Assembly: GCA_043813365.1 (NCBI GenBank)
Contig: JBDRLB010000070.1
Coordinates: 1-23,865 of the forward strand
From: Candidatus Micrarchaeota archaeon
Lineage (GTDB): Archaea > Micrarchaeota > Micrarchaeia > Norongarragalinales > SBBD01
Length of the DNA stretch: 23,865 nucleotides
Direction: 5' to 3'
Of the stretch, positions 16,004 to 23,865 are shown piece by piece; within the stretch, counting starts at the first letter, position 1, and every line of letters starts with the position of its first letter. The notes under the pieces were generated by a model. The model was not told where the DNA came from, searched no databases, and was given only the letters and a program-made list of their open reading frames with translations. The position numbers and the translations under genes were made by a program.

Positions 16004-16495
16004 TCAGCCTTGGCTGAAAATCAGTTCAACTTTATCGAACGTTATCTTTTCCTTCTTGTCCAATTTATTGATTATTTCCCACACTTCCTTTTTTGTAAGC
16101 AACTGCTTAGCCCAAAGCGCCTTCAATGCCATCGGCAAATTCATGTACTTCGCGGCCATTTCCTTGCATACCCTGCTAGAATGGCTTTCATATGCAAAGT
16201 ATGTTATGTTCCTGCATTTCGCAATGGCAATCGCCTCGATTTCCTTCTTTGAGAGATGCGGGAATTTCCTCCTCCATCTCCTTATAAGCTCCCTCTCCTT
16301 GTAGTGCAATTTCGGGGAATGGATGTGGTAATTCGAGAACAGTTCCGCGTTCATGCCGGATTTTTTTGACTCCCGGAATGCCTGCGGCGCAATCAGCCAA
16401 GTGGGGTTGCCAAAAAGTTCGGAAAGCGGCCCGAGGCCCCCGCACCTCCCCATTTTTTCCAATGATTCCACATCCGCAATGATCTCCATGTGCAT
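16004..16495 (-). CDS. degenerate PIN-like protein (DUF3368-like)
   Basis: IIADVESL, LSKKEIEAIAIAK and a C-terminal helical extension; follows a UPF0175 gene. Confidence 0.65.
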   Translation of the reverse strand: MHMEIIADVESLEKMGRCGGLGPLSELFGNPTWLIAPQAFRESKKSGMNAELFSNYHIHSPKLHYKERELIRRWRRKFPHLSKKEIEAIAIAKCRNITYFAYESHSSRVCKEMAAKYMNLPMALKALWAKQLLTKKEVWEIINKLDKKEKITFDKVELIFSQG

Positions 16496-16503
16496 TCACG
16501 TTC

Positions 16504-16809
16504 TCATGTTTCGCTGATCCTGTCGAGTTCCGATTTTTCAACCCTCACTTCCCTGTAAATTTTGTGGTGCTCAAGCATTTTGTTCATCTCCTCAACGGAC
16601 ACTTCCGCGAGCTCGGCCGCTTTTCCCAGGCTGATCCTGCCCTCTTTCAGCAGCTCGATTGCAGATGCGTGGCGCAGGTTTTTTTTGCTCTTGAACAGCA
16701 GCCTCAGCGCATCCTTGATCACGTCGGATTTGCTGGAATAATAGCCTGCACGCACAAGCGCTGTTATCTGATCCTCCGATAAACGCGGCAAACTGAAGGT
16801 AGATACCAT
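16504..16809 (-). CDS. RHH + UPF0175-family HTH protein, putative antitoxin
   Basis: LVRAGYYSSKSDVIKDALR followed by AIELLKEGRISLGKAAELAEVS; GAGGTGA SD. Confidence 0.82.
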   Translation of the reverse strand: MVSTFSLPRLSEDQITALVRAGYYSSKSDVIKDALRLLFKSKKNLRHASAIELLKEGRISLGKAAELAEVSVEEMNKMLEHHKIYREVRVEKSELDRISET

Positions 16810-16938
16810 AATTTCACCTCTAAAATGCTATAAATAGTTAATAATAGTTAATAATTTAAAGCCTCCGGATAGGGTTAAAAAGCGCTTCCGGTTAATAATT
16901 CGGCCTAAAAATTGAAAAAAATCCGGTTTTAATCCCCC

Positions 16939-19900
16939 ATGCGAGGCGAGGTATACTTATTAGCACCTTTTGGCCTAGCCTTGCTTGCGATCCTTTCACT
17001 TTTCTCAATTTCCGGGATGAACGAAGGGGCAAACTCATCCGATTTGAATGCCTCCAACCTTTCCTATCCCACTGCAAGCACAATTCCCGCACAACTGAAC
17101 CTGACCTACCTAAACGGAACCCTGTTGAATTTCACCAATTTGGCAGGTTGCACTCCCTACAACTTAACGGACGATAACCAGACAAACGGGACGTCGGGGA
17201 ATATTACGGTTTGTGATTTCGCCTTCCTGAACATTTCAGATATCCCGTTAAACCAGTCAGATAACCAAACGGATCTGAATTCCACATTCGTAAACCAAAC
17301 ATATGCAAACGAAACTCCCTACGAACAAACAGAGTTGAATATTACTGTTTTCAATCAGACCATCTTAAACGAGACCTCCTCTAACCAAACTTACAATGTA
17401 ACCCTCGCGAACCAAACGCTGAACGGAACCGGATTAAACCAGACTGAAGATTTAGATGCAATTCCCGAGCTTCTTATTTTGAAGGAAAAATTCAAAAAGA
17501 ACAGCCAGCTGAACTTCAAATCCCTGAAAAAACGCTTTTCATTCATCAACGGCACCAACACCGCGCTATATGATTTGTCGTTCTCACTTCCTTCCAAAAA
17601 CAAATTCAAGCACGGTGAAGCGAAGGAGATTTCCCTCTCAATTTCCGGCATCAGGGACCTTGAACAGCTCACTGAACCGTTTAGTGCGGGTGTCCCAAAT
17701 AAGGTGCACCTTTCCACAACTGAAAATTCCGACACCGTCGCTTACTTCACGACTGATTTGATGGGAATGGAAAACCTTGAATTTGATGAAGCTGAATTGC
17801 TTCTTCCTTCCTCCTCGAGAACAGATGCAATACTTTCCTGCGATTCCGTCAACGGCTTCACGGGTGGATGCTCCGAATGGTCTATTTCCGATATACCATT
17901 CACTGAAGAGGACGGTGCCATCCGCTTCAAAGTCAACCACTTCTCGGGTTATGCGGGCGCCAACATCACCATCCTGAACGTGCAGAGCTACCCTGCAGTT
18001 GGAGGGGACTGGATAGTCAGGTTCACAACAACCGGTTCCGCACCCCTCACAGTAACTGCTATTGATGGTACCGAATTCGGCACGGATTTAGAGTTCAAAT
18101 CAATAATGTGCGGTGAAAACGACACTCTCGCAGCTTTTAACGGCACCTCCGCGCTCGTTGACAACTACGCCTGCGATTTCGAGGGTTCGGAAACGAGCAC
18201 TGTGATCACATCCGGAGCGCACCACCTCCAATTCCAGTTCGGCGATGCGGTCGCATATGCGAACAACAGCGCAACCCAGCTCACATGGTATTTGGATAAC
18301 CGCATCCACGAAACAGGCGGCCCTCGCAAATTGTTAAACAGGACCGCTCCGTTCACGACGGAGGACTATTCAGAATCCCATTTGGGTACTTTAGGCTGTT
18401 ACACTTTACAATGGCTCACTCCCCAATTCAATACTTCAGCTAAACAGCAGGCAGTCACCTATGTAAACGGTACTCTAGAAGGGAAATCCACTTCAAAAAA
18501 TATAGGCGGAACTTCCGGTGGATGGTACAACCTATCGGCAACTATTTTCAAGAGATTTATCAATGGCACGGAGGTTGAGCTTGGAACCAATAATACTGCA
18601 ATAGGGTTTATTGTCTGCAATCCTGCATGGGTCACAACAAAAACTTATACAATAACTATACCTGATGGCCCCAATTCAAGGCTGGGACCGGGCGAGCTAA
18701 TCGGAGTCAAGTACTGTTTAATAAAAAATTGCACCGCAATACAAACTTATGAGACCTATTACAATCGATCTGATACGTACATTAAGTTTTACAACGAAAC
18801 CGTTACTAGCTGCGACAACCTCACCTCAAGCTTCGTGATGGATTCGAACGTTACCAATGTCCCGAGCTGCTTCGTCATTAAGGCAAACAATGTGATCCTT
18901 GATTGCAACGGGCATTCGATCACAGGCACAAACAACGGAAACGGCATAGATGTTGGCAATTATAATAATGTTGTTGTGAAGAACTGCTTCATCTCGGATT
19001 TCACCAACGGCATCTATTCGGCCGCATCGCCCGATAATTTTTCGCTGATTAATTCCGTCCTGAAAAACAACTACTATGGCGTATATTTTGGGGGAGGCAC
19101 CGGCATGCTCGTGGATTCCAGCAGCGTCATCGATGAAGGCAGCATAGGCCTTTTTTTGGACGGTGTGGCCAATGTCACCGTAACGAACACAACTCTCCGA
19201 AATATGGATTCCTGCATACTTGGCAACACCTATTCGGAGTATTACAAAGTGGTGAATACGACCATTACGAATTGCACGTCGTCTGGCGTTAATTTGGTGA
19301 ACCCATTCGGGGGGAATATTTCTAACAACAACATAAGCGGCAATGGAGTTGGCATCCAACTAACGGGGTTTACTTTTGAACCAAATTCCAATAGGGTTTA
19401 TTCCAATGTAATCGAAGCAAATTCGGAAGCCGGCATTTTTCTTTGGGCCTTTTCTAGCGGATTTACATTGCGCGACAATATTTTCGAGAACAACACTTTC
19501 CGCAACAACTATCCCACGAATTTTTGGGCAAGCGGAGCGGACGGCCGCGAAATCCGCGACAACAAACTGAATAACAACGTTTTCGTTGCAGCTTCCGGCG
19601 GTGCGGACATGAACTTCTCCTACGGCCAGAATTTCAACCTCACGAACAATACTTTCAACAGGAGGCTGATAGGCTTCAGTGGGGTCTCAAACGCCACGAT
19701 CTGGGACATCATCAGGGTGCACACGCAGGATAGCGTCGGCACAGCCATAAGCAGCGCCAATGTGAGCATAACCAACGCCACGGCAACCTCCAACAACCTC
19801 TACAACCAAATTTCGGACGGAAGCGGCAATACCCCCTGGGCCTGGATAAAGGAGTTTTCCGGCGATTATGCAACTGGCGCCAACTACACGACTTACAATT

Positions 19901-22900
19901 TCACGGGTAACGCAAGCATTTGGGGGTATTTCAATACATCCCTGCAATACGTCGGCTCTACGATGTCAACCTTCCAGCTGATATTGAAGGACACAATCCC
20001 TCCGGCGAATCTCAAGACCCTCAATCCTACCCTTGCGAATGGAAGTTTTACGAACAAAAACTGGGTTCTGGTGAATTTCTCGTTCGTGGAGCACTATCCC
20101 TCAATATGCTGGGTTTTTTGGGGAAATGGCACCTTCAAAAATCTCTCATTATCGACATATCCTGAAATAGGATTAAGTACCTTTATGTGCACCTTGAACA
20201 TAACGGGTCAATCCGACGGATTGAAAAATTACACCATCTGGGCGAATGATACTTCGGGCAATGCCGGCACCAACGGCACCACCTTTTTTGTATATGTCGA
20301 TACAACGTTGCCTTCGACAATCAAAACCATCCCGCCAACCTTGCCGCAAAACTCCTTCACAAAGCTAAGCGCGGTAAATATCACCTATACCTTCACCGAA
20401 ACCAATCCCGAAAGATGCTGGATACAGTTCTATGCCGGCTCTTGGACCAATCGCACCTTCACCCCGAATGGCACAATGTGCACCTTGAACATAACGGGCC
20501 TTTCCTCCGGTGCGTACCAGTACAATTTTGGGCTGATGGACAAAGCCGGGAACAACGGCACCAATGGCACGACATTTACATTTACGGTCGACACAACAGC
20601 GCCCTCGAGCGTCAAAACGGTGCCGCCTACACTCTCGAGCGGCTCATTTTCAAGCAGCAACTCGTTTTACGTTAATATTACATTCACCGAAACCAACCCG
20701 CAGTCCTGCTGGACTTACCTCACCAACGCCACCGGCTCCTTCAACCTTTCAATGACCCGTGACGGAGTCAATTGCTACCTCAACATCACCGGCCAATCCG
20801 ACGGCGCGAAGAGCTACACCATCTGGGTTAACGATTCCGCCGGGAATTTGGGCACCAATACCAGCACTTTCAGCATAACGGTTGATACCGCACCGCCCTC
20901 CAGCGTTAGGACGATCCCGCCGACCCTCCCAAACGGCGCCTATACTGCCACAAATTCAGTTTACGTCAATACGACCTTCACCGAAACCAATCCCTCCAGC
21001 TGCTGGGTGCGCTACAACAACGTAAATTACACCATGACCCGAGTCGGCAACAACTGCTATTATGATTTTACAAGCCAATCCGATGGCACAAAGAGCTACA
21101 CCATCTGGGCGCAGGATTCGGCCGGGAATGTGGGAACCAACGGCACCACCTTTACCGCTATTGTTGATACTACTTCCCCCTCAAATATCGTCACAGCCGC
21201 ACCCACCCTCCCATCAGGCTCATACACGGACAGCAATTCAGTATATGTGGGCATCACATTCACAGAAACAAACCCCTCCAATTGCTGGCTGCGGTTCGAT
21301 TCCACTAATTATTCCATGACGCGTTCGGGGAACACCTGCTACAGGACGCAGACCAGCGTTTCGGAAGGTTCGCACTCTTACACAGTTTGGGTAAATGATA
21401 CGGTTGGCCACATTGCGACAAATGCACTCACATATACGGTAATTGTGGATACCATCGATCCATCAAGCATCAAAACAGTCCCGCCCACGCTTGCAAACGG
21501 TTCCCTCTCAGCAAACAATTGGGCATTCGTGAACATGACCTTCACCGAAACCAACCCATACAATTGCTGGACCGCATTCACAAACGCAACTGGCACCTAC
21601 AACTTATTCATGACCCGAGTTGGCACCAACTGCTACCTGAACATCACCGGCCAATCCGACGGGGACAAGACTTATAGGATTTGGGCAAATGACTCCGCTG
21701 GCAATTCGGCCCAAAACGGCACTTTGTTTGCAATTTCCTTGGATGCGAATCCGCCGTCTGATATCACAACAGTTCCGCCCACGCTTGCAAACGACTCCTT
21801 CACCAACAACAATTGGCTCTTCGTGAACATTACATTCACCGAAGCGAATCCCTCGCTCTGCTGGCTTACCTACAACAACGGCTCCCTCTACAACTACTCC
21901 ATGACCAGGGTAGGCACAAACTGCTACCTCAACCTTACGGATCAGCCGGAAAGCACATGGAATTATACTGTCTGGGTCAACGATACTTCCGGCGGAATCG
22001 GTACCAATGGCACGTTATTCTGGGCAACTTTGGACGCGTCTCCTCCTTCAAACCTTAAAACAGTTTCCCCAACACTTGCAAACAACTCGTTCACTTTGAA
22101 TAACTGGGTGGAAGTGAATTTCACCTTCACCGAATTCAACCCCAGCATCTGCTGGCTCTACTGGAACAACGGCTCCGCTTACAATATTTCAACTACGAGC
22201 GTCAACAACTGGTGCTACTTCAACGTTTCCGGGCAGAGCGATGGCTTCATCACGTACGAGTTATGGATGAACGATTCGGCGAACAATGTCGCAACGAATG
22301 GATCCGCATTTGCCATCACTGTTGATGTCAATCCGCCAACAGATGTGATTACGGTTCCGCCAACTCTTGCAAACGGCTCCTTCTCATCAAGCAACTGGTT
22401 ATTCGTGAACATGACCTTCACCGAAGGCAATCCCCAAAGCTGCTGGACCTACCTCACAAACGCAACCGGCTCCTTCAACCTTTCGATGACCCGTGACGGA
22501 GTCAACTGCTACCTCAACATCACCGGCCAATCCGATGGCTTCAAAAATTATGCCATTTGGGTCAATGATACCTCGGGCAATGCCGGCACCAATGGCACCG
22601 TGTTCTGGGCCACCATTGATACGGCTGCTCCTGCAAGTATCATTACGGTACCGCCAACCCTATCCAGCGGCTCCTTCACAAAAAACAACTGGCTCTCCGT
22701 AAACATCACCTTCACCGAAGCGAATCCCTCGCTCTGCTGGCTTACCTACAACAACGGCTCCCTTGCGAATTACTCGATGACAAGAGTGGGCACAAACTGC
22801 TACCTCAACCTTACGGATCAGCCGGACGGAGAATGGAACTACTCAATTTGGGTGAACGATACAGCCGGCTTAACCGCAACAAATGGCACGTTGTTCTGGG

Positions 22901-23865
22901 CAAATATTGATACAACCGCTCCTACAAACATTGCAACTGTACTTCCAACTCTCGCAAACAACACGAACAGCAGCAACAACTGGGTTTTCATCAATTTCAC
23001 GTTCACTGAAACAAACTTCAATTCGTGCTGGATTCAATGGAACAACGGCTCCTATTTGAACATAACCGCAATAAGTAGCGGAAACAGCTGCTACCATAAC
23101 TTAACAGGCCAGCCGGACGGAATCTGGAATTACGCCTTATTCGTGAACGACACTGCAGGCAATACCGGCGCCAACACGAGCTTCTTCGTGGGCGTTGATG
23201 CCAACCCGCCCTCCAATTTAAGGACTGTTGCACCTACGCCTGCAAACGGATCCTACACCAATAGGAGCTGGGTAACCGTCAACTTCACCTTCACCGAATT
23301 CAACCCCAACATCTGCTGGCTCTACTGGAACAACGGCTCCGCTTACAATATTTCAACTGCGAGCGTCAACAACTGGTGCTACTTCAACGTTTCCGGGCAG
23401 AGCGACGGACTCATTACATATGAGCTATGGATGAACGACACCTCCAATAACATTGGCACTAACGGCTCCACATTCGCAATTACGGTCGACACTACCCCGG
23501 CAGCTTCCATCACAACAACCCCGCCGACCTTATCGAATACGTCTGCTACGGGCAGGAGCTGGGTTTTCATTAATTTCACTTTCATTGAAACCAACTTCAA
23601 TAGCTGCTGGATACAGTGGAACAATGGCAGTTATATGAACATTACTGCTTCCTCCTCGGGAAACAGCTGCTACCTTAACATCACCGACCAGCCAGATGGC
23701 TATTGGGACTACAAACTTTTCGTCAATGATTCCGCCAACAACATAGGCTCAAACGGCACCTTCTTCATAACCGTAGATACAACCTATCCCCAGCTCCAAT
23801 TCGACCCTTCAACTTTGCACACCAATGCCAACATCTCCCGCAACTGGTTCCTCGTCAACATAACC
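16939..23865 (+). CDS. giant secreted or cell-surface glycoprotein (>2309 aa, 3'-truncated): signal/anchor, sequon-rich stalk, beta-rich module, parallel beta-helix, Ig-like repeats
   Basis: Hand translation of frame +1 from ATG 16939 (MRGEVYLLAPFGLALLAILSLFSISG) showed no stop to the window end. Beta-helix entry CFVIKANNVILDCNGHSITG near 18870; repeats start at 19990. Confidence 0.9.
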   Translation, partial: MRGEVYLLAPFGLALLAILSLFSISGMNEGANSSDLNASNLSYPTASTIPAQLNLTYLNGTLLNFTNLAGCTPYNLTDDNQTNGTSGNITVCDFAFLNISDIPLNQSDNQTDLNSTFVNQTYANETPYEQTELNITVFNQTILNETSSNQTYNVTLANQTLNGTGLNQTEDLDAIPELLILKEKFKKNSQLNFKSLKKRFSFINGTNTALYDLSFSLPSKNKFKHGEAKEISLSISGIRDLEQLTEPFSAGVPNKVHLSTTENSDTVAYFTTDLMGMENLEFDEAELLLPSSSRTDAILSCDSVNGFTGGCSEWSISDIPFTEEDGAIRFKVNHFSGYAGANITILNVQSYPAVGGDWIVRFTTTGSAPLTVTAIDGTEFGTDLEFKSIMCGENDTLAAFNGTSALVDNYACDFEGSETSTVITSGAHHLQFQFGDAVAYANNSATQLTWYLDNRIHETGGPRKLLNRTAPFTTEDYSESHLGTLGCYTLQWLTPQFNTSAKQQAVTYVNGTLEGKSTSKNIGGTSGGWYNLSATIFKRFINGTEVELGTNNTAIGFIVCNPAWVTTKTYTITIPDGPNSRLGPGELIGVKYCLIKNCTAIQTYETYYNRSDTYIKFYNETVTSCDNLTSSFVMDSNVTNVPSCFVIKANNVILDCNGHSITGTNNGNGIDVGNYNNVVVKNCFISDFTNGIYSAASPDNFSLINSVLKNNYYGVYFGGGTGMLVDSSSVIDEGSIGLFLDGVANVTVTNTTLRNMDSCILGNTYSEYYKVVNTTITNCTSSGVNLVNPFGGNISNNNISGNGVGIQLTGFTFEPNSNRVYSNVIEANSEAGIFLWAFSSGFTLRDNIFENNTFRNNYPTNFWASGADGREIRDNKLNNNVFVAASGGADMNFSYGQNFNLTNNTFNRRLIGFSGVSNATIWDIIRVHTQDSVGTAISSANVSITNATATSNNLYNQISDGSGNTPWAWIKEFSGDYATGANYTTYNFTGNASIWGYFNTSLQYVGSTMSTFQLILKDTIPPANLKTLNPTLANGSFTNKNWVLVNFSFVEHYPSICWVFWGNGTFKNLSLSTYPEIGLSTFMCTLNITGQSDGLKNYTIWANDTSGNAGTNGTTFFVYVDTTLPSTIKTIPPTLPQNSFTKLSAVNITYTFTETNPERCWIQFYAGSWTNRTFTPNGTMCTLNITGLSSGAYQYNFGLMDKAGNNGTNGTTFTFTVDTTAPSSVKTVPPTLSSGSFSSSNSFYVNITFTETNPQSCWTYLTNATGSFNLSMTRDGVNCYLNITGQSDGAKSYTIWVNDSAGNLGTNTSTFSITVDTAPPSSVRTIPPTLPNGAYTATNSVYVNTTFTETNPSSCWVRYNNVNYTMTRVGNNCYYDFTSQSDGTKSYTIWAQDSAGNVGTNGTTFTAIVDTTSPSNIVTAAPTLPSGSYTDSNSVYVGITFTETNPSNCWLRFDSTNYSMTRSGNTCYRTQTSVSEGSHSYTVWVNDTVGHIATNALTYTVIVDTIDPSSIKTVPPTLANGSLSANNWAFVNMTFTETNPYNCWTAFTNATGTYNLFMTRVGTNCYLNITGQSDGDKTYRIWANDSAGNSAQNGTLFAISLDANPPSDITTVPPTLANDSFTNNNWLFVNITFTEANPSLCWLTYNNGSLYNYSMTRVGTNCYLNLTDQPESTWNYTVWVNDTSGGIGTNGTLFWATLDASPPSNLKTVSPTLANNSFTLNNWVEVNFTFTEFNPSICWLYWNNGSAYNISTTSVNNWCYFNVSGQSDGFITYELWMNDSANNVATNGSAFAITVDVNPPTDVITVPPTLANGSFSSSNWLFVNMTFTEGNPQSCWTYLTNATGSFNLSMTRDGVNCYLNITGQSDGFKNYAIWVNDTSGNAGTNGTVFWATIDTAAPASIITVPPTLSSGSFTKNNWLSVNITFTEANPSLCWLTYNNGSLANYSMTRVGTNCYLNLTDQPDGEWNYSIWVNDTAGLTATNGTLFWANIDTTAPTNIATVLPTLANNTNSSNNWVFINFTFTETNFNSCWIQWNNGSYLNITAISSGNSCYHNLTGQPDGIWNYALFVNDTAGNTGANTSFFVGVDANPPSNLRTVAPTPANGSYTNRSWVTVNFTFTEFNPNICWLYWNNGSAYNISTASVNNWCYFNVSGQSDGLITYELWMNDTSNNIGTNGSTFAITVDTTPAASITTTPPTLSNTSATGRSWVFINFTFIETNFNSCWIQWNNGSYMNITASSSGNSCYLNITDQPDGYWDYKLFVNDSANNIGSNGTFFITVDTTYPQLQFDPSTLHTNANISRNWFLVNIT
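19990..23865 (+). repeat. 13 complete plus 1 partial coding repeats of 282-309 nt (Ig-like, two Cys each)
   Basis: Units begin at D-x-x-x-P-like motifs at 19990, 20299, 20590, 20884, 21166, 21448, 21742, 22033, 22324, 22618, 22909, 23197, 23488 and 23776; consensus PTL.N....N....VN.TFTE.NP..CW...CY.N.T.Q.DG...Y..W.ND.AGN...NGT.F. Confidence 0.9.

Noticed and set aside
17391..23638. Many short ORFs listed in the track on both strands
   Set aside because: Shadow frames of the single giant frame +1 gene.
19990..23865. CRISPR array or DGR template/variable repeat pair
   Set aside because: Units are in-frame ~290-nt coding repeats without spacers; differences are few, often synonymous and not consistently adenine-specific, and no reverse transcriptase or cas gene is in the window.

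Overview
Archaeal chromosomal window. GGAGG/GGTGA Shine-Dalgarno sites, TATA boxes, a BHB-type tRNA intron, an archaeal SRP RNA and the gene set suggest a DPANN lineage such as Micrarchaeota (inference). In order it holds: an argG-argH-argF operon (minus strand) behind a complex leader (Lys-rich mini-ORF, Arg-Arg-Arg ORF, hairpin plus T7, 42-aa ORF) that shares a palindromic promoter region with a divergent ACT-domain regulator; a convergent RHH/PIN pair; an SRP RNA that appears to lack helix 6; an orphan type IV pilus/secretion ATPase; Lhr helicase plus metallophosphoesterase; an intron-containing tRNA-Thr(UGU) followed by a structured spacer and a duplicated tRNA 3' end; a frameshifted elp3; an AbrB-PIN-thioredoxin operon; a lipocalin/AttH-like protein; a third TA-like pair; and a giant (>2309 aa, runs off the window, absent from the ORF track) glycosylated surface protein with a beta-helix and at least 13 shuffled Ig-like repeats. 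Best leads: the candidate arginine regulatory system, a free intergenic homolog of the tRNA intron with compensatory changes, the helix-6-less SRP RNA, and the mosaic giant surface protein.
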